DNA of 58,377 nucleotides, the filler included, from Squatina squatina (taxonomy: Eukaryota), in the NCBI GenBank assembly GCA_031763465.1. It is 4 parts of 4 records of this genome, joined end to end, with 100 filler letters (N's around TTAATTAATTAA, not from the genome) between each part and the next. Parts side by side here need not be neighbours in the genome. Positions count along the whole stretch, not along the records: positions 12,420 to 26,595 come from JARFOE010000073.1; positions 26,696 to 40,922 come from JARFOE010000115.1; 2 more parts are not named here. One strand, written 5' to 3'. Below the pieces are notes generated by a model, which was not told the origin of the DNA, made no database searches, and was given only the letters and a program-made list of their open reading frames with translations. Below are positions 21,986 to 34,865 of the stretch, in pieces. Each line of letters begins with the position of its first letter. Position 1 is the stretch's first letter. The position numbers and the translations under genes were made by a program.

Positions 21986-22789
21986 AACAGTATAACAAAA
22001 GCAAAATACTGTAAGTAATGTTCTTCCCAGTTGGAAAAACTAAAGTAGTGTACATTACCAGGTATGCATCTTTCATCAGGAGATCTAGATGTTTAAGCAG
22101 CAATATATTGACCAATGTTGTAAATACCAAATTCTCAACCCATTGATTATAGCTATATGTACCTCTAAGAATCATCAAACTATGAGCAGCAATGCACAGC
22201 TGCATCCAATAGCCTTGCTTTACACATACAGGAGCTTCAGACAAATGTGGTACTATTTAAGGTACTAAATCAGTTTTTCCCCCAAAAACTTGAAACCAAT
22301 TATTACAGATCCAACTGGACAAGACAACAGATCTTGACTTTAAGATCATACATTGGTTTACAGNNNNNNNNNNNNNNNNNNNNNNNNNNNNNNNNNNNNN
22401 NNNNNNNNNNNNNNNNNNNNNNNNNNNNNNNNNNNNNNNNNNNNNNNNNNNNNNNNNNNNNNNCCTTTGTTTACAGTGGTAGTTGCACATTCTTATGCCA
22501 CTTACAAGAGGGTACAGTGAAGTTATGCATATTTGTACTCAGTTCTATAGGCTATATACTGCATACTCAGACTAGGTTTCCACAGGTGCCCAATCTAGCT
22601 TTTATTAAAAAAGCAGCTTTCAATACATTTAATCTACTTTAGATTCACAAACAATGGTAACTGGAGGGGTCTCAATTACTACAAGCTGAGCAGGTTGCTG
22701 CTCAACATCTGCATTACACCCATAAGCCTACACTACCATTAACTGCAGCTGGACTGCCCNNNNNNNNNNGTTGAAAGAAAATATCTTAC

Positions 22790-22987
22790 CTTCCTTAACA
22801 CTCAAAGCAGGGGGTAGATGCTCAACATCTTTGCTAAGCTCTTCCAGCAGTTTTGGAGATATTGTGAGATAGTCACAGCCAGCCAATGCCTTGATTTCTC
22901 CAGTGTTACGGAAAGATGCCCCCATGACAATAGTCTTGTACCCAAACTTCTTGTAATAGTTGTAGATCTTCGTTACACTCTGTACAC
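22790..22987 (-). CDS. TALDO1: Transaldolase exon (198 nt; human exon 6 equivalent)
   Basis: [51 protein letters not shown]; AG/GT boundaries. Confidence 0.97.
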
Positions 22988-23699
22988 CTATTGCCAAATC
23001 AGGTATATAATTAATGTTACTTAATATCTGCTGATTTACATACTATTGTAAGAGACTGAATGGCTTTCCTCTTTCATGGCCCATGCAAAGAGGCAAGCCC
23101 ATGTATAAAAGAAATGCCCAGAGAGTTCAGATATAAATGCATCAAAAAATAAGGGTGGGGCAGGAAGAGAAGAAAGAAGAAACTTGCTATTTTCTAACAT
23201 GTCAAAATCCAGTTCATTTTACCAGCTCAACTAAAACTTGAAAAGCAAGAACCAAATACATTTGAAAGAAAATCCCATAAAGGTTTGCCAAAAGGGAAAA
23301 AACCTGAAAAGGAATAGCATGAATTAGTTAAACAAGCCAATGATCAGTGGTTGCAGATGGCCATACACAGACCTGCTGTGTTTCAGTTCAGGTAAACCAC
23401 TTTGCAGCACTCACCACTGCCCAGTAAGCGACAAGAACCAAAATAAGATGAGGTTTCAAAACACTTCCAAACACCATCAGCCCCATGTTGGTGCACATGG
23501 TACTTTGTTTGGTGTAGAAGGACAGAGTCAGTGACTTATGGGGAAAAAAATATGGCTTGTGATATGTAATGCACCATAGGTACAGAATAATCCCAATGTT
23601 TCAAACACAACTGAATGACCAAGTACTGGGGGAAATGTTATTCAGTGAAGAGTGACTCAAATATTGGACCAATATTTCAAGCAGCAACAGAACTCTTAC

Positions 23700-24175
23700 C
23701 AGAATTTGCATTTATATAGCACCTTAACATGTAGTAAAACATCCAAAGGCACTTCACAGGAACATTATCAAACAGAATTTCACACTGAGCCGTATTAGGG
23801 CGGATAACCTAAAGCATGGCCAAAGAGGTAGGTTTTCAGGAGCATCTTAAGGAAGGAGAGGTAAGTGGAGAGGTTAAGGGAGGGAATTCCAGAGATTAGG
23901 GCCTAGGCATCTGAAAGCACGGCCACTAATGATGAAGAGATCTCCGAGGGTTGTAGATCTGGAGGAGGTTCTGGAGATAGGGAGTGGGGGGGTGTGAAGC
24001 CATGGAAGGATTTGAAAGCAAGGATGAGAATTTTAAAATCGAGGCATGGCCAGACTGGGAACCAGTGTAGGCCACTTGGGATGAACAGGACTTGGTGCGA
24101 GTTAGGATATGGGTAGCAGAGATTTGGATGAGCTCAGGTTTAAGGAGGGTGCAAGGTGCGAGGCCGAACAGGAGC
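23700..24175 (-). mobile_element. L2 LINE 3' end
   Basis: ttgcatttatatagcacc tail, gggagggaattccagag (minus LWNSLP) and gatgagaattttaaa (minus FKILI). Confidence 0.85.
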
Positions 24176-25494
24176 TGCTACTCAATAATTTCAGCACGAC
24201 ATATTACTGTTGATTTTAGAAATACAAATTTAGAAAACCTAAAGGAATTACCTGTAAAGTTAGAATTATCAGTGTGAATAAAAGTCCCTGCTCGTGTATA
24301 GTTTCTTGCAGGCTGCACATTATCTATCATTTTGGTCAGGAGTGCACCTAAAAGTTTCAGCTAATGGTTTAAAAATTCTCCTGTACTTTCTTGCTGCTTG
24401 TAATTTGCAACCATCACCATTTGGCAGTGGACATTCCTTGACACCAACAATTTGTCAAATACATTCTTGTTTCCTAAAGTCTTTACTTGTTGGCTCCAAA
24501 TGCTAAAATGTTGTCAATTTTAACAAAACTAGGAATATATGGATATTATATAAAAATGTTTATTTAAAAAAAAAATTGTGCTGCTATTTTTGTTTGCGTA
24601 GTACAAAGCTCAAAATACCACTGCAAAAACATTATCGTTGGCCAGTAAAAATGTAGTTTGGCTCCAATGGTTGACCGTCTAGAATATGGCCAAGCCATGC
24701 AAAGTACAATCTGGTGTCCAGCACATTTTGTCTGGAGGAGGTTGTCTCTGCTGCTTGCACTGTGCCTGATACAGTTGTAGGAGTTGGCTGTGTCTGAGCT
24801 GGCTCAGATGACAAACTGGGAGCCCAGCTCCGGCCCAGTAACTATTTTAGTTCATCCAAACATTACAGTGGGTAATCCGGAAAGCCACGTTGACACTTGA
24901 GCCATGGAGGAAACGGCAGTCTTACTCCCCTGCACTCCCACTGGGAGGTTGAGGGTGCTGCAACCAAGGGGTAAAAAGCAGGCAGAACCCGAAAAGGAGA
25001 TCAAGTCTAAATTTAAAAAGACAGATTTATAAGAAGTCTAAATTCATCTATTACAGGAAAGCCTTAGATTTCTGTATATAGCAAATATCCACCGAATATC
25101 CCTCCCAAATTTTGAATGCACTTCCTCCTTGCTCAGAACCACGTACAAGAATTTTGTACTTATTTAGTGCTTTTTAAAAAAAAAATACAGATATAGCATA
25201 TGTTTATATAAAAACATTTTGTGTGATCAAAACCTGCAATCATTCACTCCTCACCAGGTGACTTAACAGGATGGTGCTTTGATTAGCAGAAGGGTTTTGT
25301 AATATTACCTCATCACCTGGAAATTGAAATGAGAAAATGAGATTGTGAACAAGATAGACCACAACATCAAGTTTTAGAAAGGGATTAGCTGAGGGACAGT
25401 TTGGAGCTGTGTTGTGCACGTGCTTTTTCTTTCCTTCTCTCTCTTGCTTTCCAACGTGGACGTAACCAATTCATGTTCCAGCTCTAGATAATAA

Positions 25495-25692
25495 AACAAA
25501 GAGTTGCATTTATATGGCACCTTTCACAACATCAGGATGTCCCAAAAAGCTTTACAACCAATGAAGTGCCGTCATTGTTGTAATGCAGGAAATGTGGCAG
25601 CCAACTTGCGCACAGCAAGGTCCCACAAACAGCAATGTGATAGTGACCAGATAATGTTATGTTAGTTGAGGGATAAATGTTGGCCAGGACAC
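25495..25692 (-). mobile_element. SacSINE1-like SINE, 3' half
   Basis: Matches 2394-2600 and 9617-9830. Confidence 0.8.
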
Positions 25693-26146
25693 ATTATTAT
25701 CACATAATAAGCATTACTTGCAAGTGGCTATTTTCTATTTAGTTTGCAATGAGGAGGATGGTGTGGTTCAGTGCACGATGGGTCTCGTATCTGCTCTCCC
25801 CTTGGCTGTGACTTAGAAGTTCCTCGAAGCATTAGTGTTCTAGCTGTTTCAGTTCGTAAATGGTGATAGATATTAGATCTTTTATTTTACTTGGAATTGG
25901 CTGTTGAGAGAAGAAAATGGACAATGCTGTGACTGTAACCGGCTGTGTGTTTTAGCAATATTCAACCAATCTTGACATTCTGAATGTAAGTCNNNNNNNN
26001 NNNNNNNNNNNNNNNNNNNNNNNNNNNNNNNNNNNNNNNNNNNNNNNNNNNNNNNNNNNNNNNNNNNNNNNNNNNNNNNNNNNNNNNNNNNNAATTTGCA
26101 TATTTGACAAATTAAGTCATTCATGCAGCTACAAATCAGCACTTAC

Positions 26147-26278
26147 TTCCCAGCCTGGATACCTTCCCACGTGGAAGCAAGTTTGATGAGAATGCGGTCC
26201 TTGTTGATTCCTGCTTCCTTATACAGCTGAATTAGGTGCTGGGCCTTATTGATCATAGCATCTTTGTCAAATGACAAC
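26147..26278 (-). CDS. TALDO1: Transaldolase exon (132 nt; human exon 4 equivalent) with the Schiff-base lysine motif
   Basis: [44 protein letters not shown]; acceptor tttgttag and donor gtaagt. Not in the ORF track. Confidence 0.96.
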
Positions 26279-26595
26279 CTAACAAATAAAGAAAAGTGAG
26301 CAGTAGGCACATAACCTCCAGTTAATCAGTCACAAACAAGATTATATTTTCTGCCCCCCTCCATTTTATTGGTCTTCTAACCCTCAAGACATTTACTTGA
26401 ATATATATAGTTAAGTTGTACAAAAGCATTAATCAGCAAAGTCTACAAACTTTTTTTTTTTTTTGCACACAGTTGTCACTAGGATTTCAAGCATAATGGT
26501 GACTGCTGCCCAACATTATCAGTCAGGCACCACATTCAAAAATGGATCTTTATTCTACTACTTGTGCCCCCTTACAAAGAGTGGCAGATCTGAAT

Positions 26596-26695
26596 NNNNN
26601 NNNNNNNNNNNNNNNNNNNNNNNNNNNNNNNNNNNNNNNTTAATTAATTAANNNNNNNNNNNNNNNNNNNNNNNNNNNNNNNNNNNNNNNNNNNN
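26596..26695. other. Artificial scaffold spacer 44N-TTAATTAATTAA-44N
   Basis: Identical to 12320-12419. Confidence 0.97.
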
Positions 26696-29600
26696 TGACA
26701 TTTGGCCCCTGTGACTAATGTACATTGTGGAGATCTGGTCTCCAATAGTGTTTTAAACTCCCGGGGTAAGTCGGGGTAAGGGGAGATGGGGGTCTGCTTA
26801 ATTGCTTGCTTTGGTAATTGGCATGTACTGATGTTTTTACTGGGACCCTCGCTCGTTTTTTTCTCTCTGTTATTTTGTACATCACCTTGTTTCCTCACCC
26901 CTCCCCGCCTTTATTTTGACCTGTTCTCTCTGGGATCAGACACAGGCAGGTTCAGCGCTAACCAGATCCAGATGAGTCGGGCTCTGAAACTGTCCAAATG
27001 GGTATGAGGAGGTGGGGAGTTGTCAGGCCTGCAAGGAGGCTGGAATTCCTCAGCCATAAAAATGGGATTTATCACCACTCTACCACAGTCACTGCAAGCA
27101 AACTTGGACAGCGGTGGAATGGGAAGGCCAGCCTGGAGAGGCTGCAGCCCTGCTCGCTTTCTTTCAGCCTCTGGTTCCTATTTTGTAAAAGGCTTACACG
27201 GGGAAAAGGGATAGACTGCATGCGAGGTGATGCATTAAGGCCAAAACCCCGATATTCCCCACTGAGGCAAATGAACCTGCTAAAATAGGTTATTTTCTCG
27301 ATAGCTGCGTAATTGAAACCAGAAGAGGGGATTTGATAAATTGCCCGACCCTGAAGGAATGTTAGGTCATAAATTTTCTCTGCATTTTTCTCTGTTTTCT
27401 TTTTTTTCTGCTCTTCGCTGTAGCGATCATCAACAAAGAAGATTCTTGTTTTTTTTTTGTTTGTGAAACACGCCTGACTCGCAGATCAGTAAACTCCCCT
27501 CGGTGAGACAGCCACAAAGAACAACAACATGNNNNNNNNNNNNNNNNNNNNNNNNNNNNNNNNNNNNNNNNNNNNNNNNNNNNNNNNNNNNNNNNNNNNN
27601 NNNNNNNNNNNNNNNNNNNNNNNNNNNNNNNNNNNNNNNNNNNNNNNNNNNNNNNNNNNNNNNNNNNNNNNNNNNNNNNNNNNNNNNNNNNNNNNNNNNN
27701 NNNNNNNNNNNNNNNNNNNNNNNNNNNNNNNNNNNNNNNNNNNNNNNNNNNNNNNNNNNNNNNNNNNNNNNNNNNNNNNNNNNNNNNNNNNNNNNNNNNN
27801 NNNNNNNNNNNNNNNNNNNNNNNNNNNNNNNNNNNNNNNNNNNNNNNNNNNNNNNNNNNNNNNNNNNNNNNNNNNNNNNNNNNNNNNNNNNNNNNNNNNN
27901 NNNNNNNNNNNNNNNNNNNNNNNNNNNNNNNNNNNNNNNNNNNNNNNNNNNNNNNNNNNNNNNNNNNNNNNNNNNNNNNNNNNNNNNNNNNNNNNNNNNN
28001 NNNNNNNNNNNNNNNNNNNNNNNNNNNNNNNNNNNNNNNNNNNNNNNNNNNNNNNNNNNNNNNNNNNNNNNNNNNNNNNNNNNNNNNNNNNNNNNNNNNN
28101 NNNNNNNNNNNNNNNNNNNNNNNNNNNNNNNNNNNNNNNNNNNNNNNNNNNNNNNNNNNNNNNNNNNNNNNNNNNNNNNNNNNNNNNNNNNNNNNNNNNN
28201 NNNNNNNNNNNNNNNNNNNNNNNNNNNNNNNNNNNNNNNNNNNNNNNNNNNNNNNNNNNNNNNNNNNNNNNNNNNNNNNNNNNNNNNNNNNNNNNNNNNN
28301 NNNNNNNNNNNNNNNNNNNNNNNNNNNNNNNNNNNNNNNNNNNNNNNNNNNNNNNNNNNNNNNNNNNNNNNNNNNNNNNNNNNNNNNNNNNNNNNNNNNN
28401 NNNNNNNNNNNNNNNNNNNNNNNNNNNNNNNNNNNNNNNNNNNNNNNNNNNNNNNNNNNNNNNNATCCTGGTCGTTGTATAAGGTATACAGGAACTATTT
28501 TATGAAAATTCTCTCCTACAATACACAGCAGCCAGGATCTCTTCCCTTGACACTCGGAGGGGAAGGGCCTAGTCTGGTCTGGTGACTTAGTGCAGGAAAC
28601 AGGACTGGGGGCCCAGTCTGTGGTGATTTTTGTCCGCATTGAAACATATGCCAGATTCTCCGATCGTGGGGCTTCTCCTGATCATCCACCATAACTTGAG
28701 TGGCCGATCAATGGAAATCCCAGAAAAATTATGTAAACACCAATTTATGTTATTTCTTCGGAGTTTCCAAAGGTACGTCAGATGATAGAGAACCCCTGTG
28801 GAAATTCATGCCGTAATGTTTACCTAAAATTCTTTTGTGACTATTTTATACAGATTAACTATCACGTTAAATTTGCACACAAAGAAATTTTATGTAAACT
28901 CATTAATCAGCGTGCTACGAGAGGGAATTAAACCCTTTGGAGAGCGCAGGAAAATTGTAGTTTTCCAACAGCGAGAAGGAAGATTTTTCCTGTGTTACTC
29001 GGAAAGCTGAGTGCAACTCCTTTATAGTCTGTTTTACTTTGCCTTGCAAGATCTCTTTGATCTGCTGTAAGTAATAACATATTTTAGCTCTATTTACGAA
29101 ATAGTCTGACACCTAATGTTTTATTTTTTTAACATTAAACGTGTGTTTGGGTCTATAAAACTGTTAATCAATCCACTGGTGGTATCGTGAGTTATTGCGA
29201 GCAAGACCAGGACTGTGTATATGGACAGCACTGGCATCAGACACAAAAAAACACACAAGGAACAACAGTTAGTCAGTCACAGAGGGAAAAAAATGCCCAA
29301 ACTGCTGGTCACCTCCCAGGGGACAAATTGATGTCAAGTTCTGCTGTCTGTCAGGATTAAATGCCCATTTGGTTTTTACGAACATGTGGTTTGAGGACAA
29401 AGCGGCTCAAGTCTCTCCAGTTCCTAACAAAGGATCTCAAGTTGCCCGGTAAAATGCCTTAATCCCTCTCTTAATCTGAAAACACCAGGGCCACATGGTA
29501 ACACTAAGGACTCCTTTTTTGTTTTGTCCCTTGTCGGCTGTCGTTCCTGTACATGCTTGAACCGAGCAATGCTGAGCCATTCTTCAGCACAGGGGCTTTA

Positions 29601-31202
29601 TCAGTGAACAAATCCAGGTGCTTTGTTCCCCGCCTAGCTCTTTCCCAATCATTTTTCTCCTTAATCTACTGCACTTCAAAAAGGATCAAGTGGAGCGCGG
29701 GGAAAGCAGATGAATATGCATCGTCCTACAGAACCTTGAGGGTTACACGCTGGTATGATTGGCCTTTCATCTAAATGCACTATAAATACACGGCCATTAA
29801 TCACTGATTTGCAACATTTGTTGACTATTGCTGTTAGTCATAGGGCCAAAAGGACATCGGCAAGGCACAAGCCAGCTAATCAAAGCTACTGAGTGCGCGG
29901 TGGTGAAATGTGCATTGCTGGATTACACCTTTCCCCGAGCTGCATTATCTGGTCACAGTATTCACCCTTCACTACGCCACAATAATATTGTGACAGTTTA
30001 ATATCACAGCACTTGACTAACCAAGCGGAGATAAGACAATTTAATTTTGATGTTCAAAGGAATAATTAGCAAACATTTTTTTTACATCTCAGTGCAGAAG
30101 CGAAGGACCGACAGCCCGGTATCCAGATCGGCCACAGAACAGGCAGCAGAGCGAACAACAAGTATCGAGACCAAACCTTTTTTTTAATGATGGTTTTGAC
30201 ATTATATGGAGATGACCAATAATGTCAGGAAATAAGTGCGAAAAAACAAAGCATCTTAACATTTAACTTTCATTTTCCCAGTTATGTTCCTATATAATAA
30301 ATCTGCATGTACAGGAAATGTACAATCCCATATATGATCGGTGAGGGCGGTTGCAGGAAGCATATGTGTGAGTGGAGAGCACTTTACACACTCTCTTGCA
30401 AAGTGTCAGTAGATTTCCTGAGGGTGCCTGGCTGTCCTACTCATTGATTATTCATTGGTACGGGATCTTCCTCTTCCACATTCTGAGTTCACCTATCTNN
30501 NNNNNNNNNNNNNNNNNNNNNNNNNNNNNNNNNNNNNNNNNNNNNNNNNNNNNNNNNNNNNNNNNNNNNNNNNNNNNNNNNNNNNNNNNNNNNNNNNNGC
30601 ATATTTCACCCCCATGATCATTTGCATTTCACGTTGGTCTGGAAGCTCTTGCAATTTTGCTAAAATGTAAAACAGTTATCTCAGGCACACTAGACACTAT
30701 CCTGACCGGTTTCTTTCAACAGCTGTTTCCATTTCATTTTACATTCTGAAAACCCTTGTGTCTAATTTAGAGAGCCAGACTATATTTATGTTAAACATGG
30801 CGTCTATCCAGTTTTTAAGAGGGAATTCAATACCAAAATTAGAATTTTAATAGAATGTTTTCTAAATATAAATCAAACTATAAATATTTGTAATACTTTA
30901 TACAGCAGGCACTAGCTAAAATCAATAGATTCATATCTGAGACCAATAATAAAACTACCTAAGTAGACAATTGCTGGATATTGTTCATTCCTGGGCTACT
31001 TTGTGCCTATTGCTTTACAGAGTTACATATCCATTGGAGGTCACTAATAACCTCAACAGTGCTGTTCTCATGAATGTCTCAGGCCAAGTTTTCAGATATC
31101 TTNNNNNNNNNNNNNNNNNNNNNNNNNNNNNNNNNNNNNNNNNNNNNNNNNNNNNNNNNNNNNNNNNNNNNNNNNNNNNNNNNNNNNNNNNNNNNNNNNN
31201 NN

Positions 31203-32285
31203 AATGCTATCCACAAGCATCTGTTTAGAACCACAATAAAGGGCATTAGCTCATCCCATTTAGTACATTTTATGCATGCCAACTCATACCAAACTGCTAC
31301 TTTTACAAAAAAAATTGCAATAATACATTTCATTATTTCCAGTCCTTTTTTTTTGCACAAAAGAAAACTTGTATTTATTTACAACGTATACATAAATTCT
31401 CCCGGATCGGACCGCCGAAAAAGGAAATGCGCGCAGGGCGATGATGTTTTTTTGTTTAGAAAAAGAAAAACAATGGTGTAAACATACTTGTAAAAACAAA
31501 ATGTCTTCAACCGATCGCTAGATGTTTAATTGCATCAAACAGAATGTGATGTATGTCAGCGTTGTTGCAAGGAACACTGAGTCTCTGATGTGACAGTTTC
31601 GGGTCTAACAGACTGCCTTTTGNNNNNNNNNNNNNNNNNNNNNNNNNNNNNNNNNNNNNNNNNNNNNNNNNNNNNNNNNNNNNNNNNNNNNNNNNNNNNN
31701 NNNNNNNNNNNNNNNNNNNNNNNNNNNNNNNNNNNNNNNNNNNNNNNNNNNNNNNNNNNNNNNNNNNNNNNNNNNNNNNNNNNNNNNNNNNNNNNNNNNN
31801 NTGAAATCCTGGGATGGCAGTCTTCTGCCCGACATAGTTAATGTTGTAAAAAAAATCCTGATAATAACAGTTTTCAGTCATTTGCAGGGCAATTGTAAGG
31901 CTGCTCTTGCACTAAGGAGGCTTTTTGGAGGAGGATTAGGGCCTTGGAAACAACACACATAGTGTGGAAGAAAGTTCACATAGTATTTTTTTTTAAATCT
32001 ATAAGAAACAACATATTATAGGGACAGTACAATACCATGTACAAGTTATAATTAGAGCAGTCTTCTGTCTTTTATCGTCCTATGTGATTCTACAATAGTA
32101 TTTAACAGAATTCCTTGTCCCCAGGAGTTGAATCTTGCATGACGCTTCCTGATTTCAAGATCCCTGTGAAAGATGTGGGATTCCGGTTGGTCCACAGTTG
32201 ATGTGAAGAACAGAGCTCCCATGTCACTGCATCATAATCAGTGTCTGAAACTCAGGTCACCATTGTGGATGTTATTTCCCTTCAG
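31203..32285 (-). other. MEIS1: MEIS (MEIS1-like) 3'UTR with candidate poly(A) signal AATAAA at 31374-31379
   Basis: Follows the stop codon. Blocks such as GTTGTTTCTTATAGATTT and CCACACTATGTGTGTTGTTTCC match my recollection of the mammalian MEIS1 3'UTR. The extent beyond the 31623-31801 gap is inferred. Confidence 0.6.
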
Positions 32286-32490
32286 CTACTGGGCATGGAT
32301 GTCCATGACTTGTCCTCCCATTGTTGGGTCTCCTGGGTTAAGCATTGTGGGGCTAGATGCTGACATTGGCATTCCAGGGTGGGGCGGTGGTCCTCCATGC
32401 ATCATCATTGCTGGGTGGTGGGGGTGTCCAGGAATGTAGGAATGCATGGGAGGTCCGTGTCGTAATTGGGCAGGGTGTGGGGGCATCTGG
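32286..32490 (-). CDS. MEIS1: MEIS homeobox terminal coding exon (long C-terminal isoform), 5' part lost in the gap
   Basis: QMPPHPAQLRHGPPMHSYIPGHPHHPAMMMHGGPPPHPGMPMSASSPTMLNPGDPTMGGQVMDIHAQ*. The MEIS family call is secure. MPPHPAQ, IPGHP, MPMSASS and GDPTM favour MEIS1 over MEIS2. Confidence 0.8.
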
Positions 32491-34840
32491 NNNNNNNNNN
32501 NNNNNNNNNNNNNNNNNNNNNNNNNNNNNNNNNNNNNNNNNNNNNNNNNNNNNNNNNNNNNNNNNNNNNNNNNNNNNNNNNNNNNNNNNNNNNNNNNNNN
32601 NNNNNNNNNNNNNNNNNNNNNNNNNNNNNNNNNNNNNNNNNNNNNNNNNNNNNNNNNNNNNNNNNNNNNNNNNNNNNNNNNNNNNNNNNNNNNNNNNNNN
32701 NNNNNNNNNNNNNNNNNNNNNNNNNNNNNNNNNNNNNNNNNNNNNNNNNNNNNNNNNNNNNNNNNNNNNNNNNNNNNNNNNNNNNNNNNNNNNNNNNNNN
32801 NNNNNNNNNNNNNNNNNNNNNNNNNNNNNNNNNNNNNNNNNNNNNNNNNNNNNNNNNNNNNNNNNNNNNNNNNNNNNNNNNNNNNNNNNNNNNNNNNNNN
32901 NNNNNNNNNNNNNNNNNNNNNNNNNNNNNNNNNNNNNNNNNNNNNNNNNNNNNNNNNNNNNNNNNNNNNNNNNNNNNNNNNNNNNNNNNNNNNNNNNNNN
33001 NNNNNNNNNNNNNNNNNNNNNNNNNNNNNNNNNNNNNNNNNNNNNNNNNNNNNNNNNNNNNNNNNNNNNNNNNNNNNNNNNNNNNNNNNNNNNNNNNNNN
33101 NNNNNNNNNNNNNNNNNNNNNNNNNNNNNNNNNNNNNNNNNNNNNNNNNNNNNNNNNNNNNCCTAACAATGGCCACCAAGGGAGCCTGGTGGGGGGGGGG
33201 GCTGGGGGTCACTAAGCATGCCTACTAAACCATACCTGGGAGGCTGTTTGGCAAATGGAAGCAAATCAATAATGTTCATTAATTAAATCTTTCTCTGTGA
33301 TCACTAATGTTTGAAAAGCAGAATTTGAATTCAGGCCACCCTTGGCTGAGTTTGGATGGAAACAAAAAGAAAAATTGGGGGCTAAAACAATAAGCCTCCT
33401 GCTTTCTGTGGGCCTCTACCTTCTGCATGGGTTGCCATGGTTGATGGGAACTGACAGGTGTATTGTTTCTAAGAGCTATAAGCTCCATAATCGTCAGGGG
33501 TGGAAAGCATAGCGCTCTCGCTAAGTAGGTTCAATTGGCTTTGCTTCTGAGTAATGTGGCTCTGTGACTGCTACAAACACCTTGGATTCAGGTCTCAGGG
33601 CTGTGCCGCAAACGGCTGCTTAATCTAGCCTAAAGGAACAATTTTGAACTAATGAAAATTGCTTATAAAATATACTGTACCCACAGCTCCATAATCAAAT
33701 AAGCCGATAATATTTTTGTAATAACCTATTAATTTAATTGGTCATGAAGCATATAATACATCATTTAAATTTAATTGACCTAGAAACTAAAGAAACAATA
33801 TTTAAATTAGCCAAGCTAGCAATTTCCATGGTGGGGTAATAAGTCTGTTGCATTCCTCAGCGCAGTGGCATTTTTTTCACAGCTAATTGTCAGTCTGATC
33901 TCTGATTCCACGCAGAGCACACATCTAGAATTCACTTGGCCTTGATATTTTAAAATGTGTATTGCCACATTAGAGAGCACAATAAGAACAGAGTGTTTTC
34001 ACTTCAGAAAACAACCAAAGGGAACTCAATTAGTGACAAGCTTCAGAAAAATTGTGGTGGAAGAGAAGGCGCTTTTTTTGTTGTTGTTGGTTGATGTGGT
34101 TTGCTGCTTAAATGTAACTGGGCGCTCCAGGAAACTACAAAAAAATGGTTAGTTTAATTAAAAAAAAGGAGAATAACGCTCATTTATCATCAAGGGCATG
34201 GGCAGCAGAATGGAGCAACCTCACAAGGGTTTGCTTTACGAGGACCAACCATTCAGGATTGCATTAATGATCTCTATTTTTGTATACTCGAAAAGTCAAA
34301 TCCATTTGTCACACTGCACGTGATGGCATACTTAATTTGGATGTACGCAATTAGCCTGGGCTGAGCTCCGCACCCCGCTGCACCAACCTCCATTTTGCCT
34401 TGCTTTTAAAAAATATATATTTTCTGCAACGGGCCCCCCCCCGGGNNNNNNNNNNNNNNNNNNNNNNNNNNNNNNNNNNNNNNNNNNNNNNNNNNNNNNN
34501 NNNNNNNNNNNNNNNNNNNNNNNNNNNNNNNNNNNNNNNNNNNNNTATTTTCTGCAACAGCCCCCCCCCCCCTCAAAAAAAAAATGCTTTCATGGGTGCT
34601 TAGATTAAAAAAAATTAAATCAGGGTCCTAATTGAATATGTAGGGCTTTGTCGCAATACAAATTATAGTTAATGCTTCTGTTTTCTTTTGCCTTTGGAAC
34701 ATTGTCCGATTGCCTTTTTGGTGTCTCACAGGTTAGTGTATAAATGTAACTCATGCATCAACTGTGGCTAGACAGATTTATGACACTTTGGGGACACGCT
34801 CTTTCCTCTCCTTGCACTGCTGCAGACTGCTTACATTTTG

Positions 34841-34865
34841 CCAATCAGTCTGTTGCTATGGTGAC
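34841..34865. promoter_or_regulatory. CCAAT box plus RFX X-box-like motif
   Basis: gCCAATcag at 34840-34848, followed by GTTGCTATGGTGAC at 34852-34865 in non-repetitive DNA; motif match only. Confidence 0.35.

Noticed and set aside
24632-24814. ORF with GHILDG..LEP as the missing TALDO1 exon
   Set aside because: Lacks CNMTLLFS and SPFVG, and has no suitable splice sites.
27362-28639. Long ORFs in the track (also 32286-33228)
   Set aside because: Made almost entirely of N-gap translation.
34426-34575. tattttctgcaac + C-run on both sides of a gap
   Set aside because: Unmerged overlap at a homopolymer; assembly artefact.
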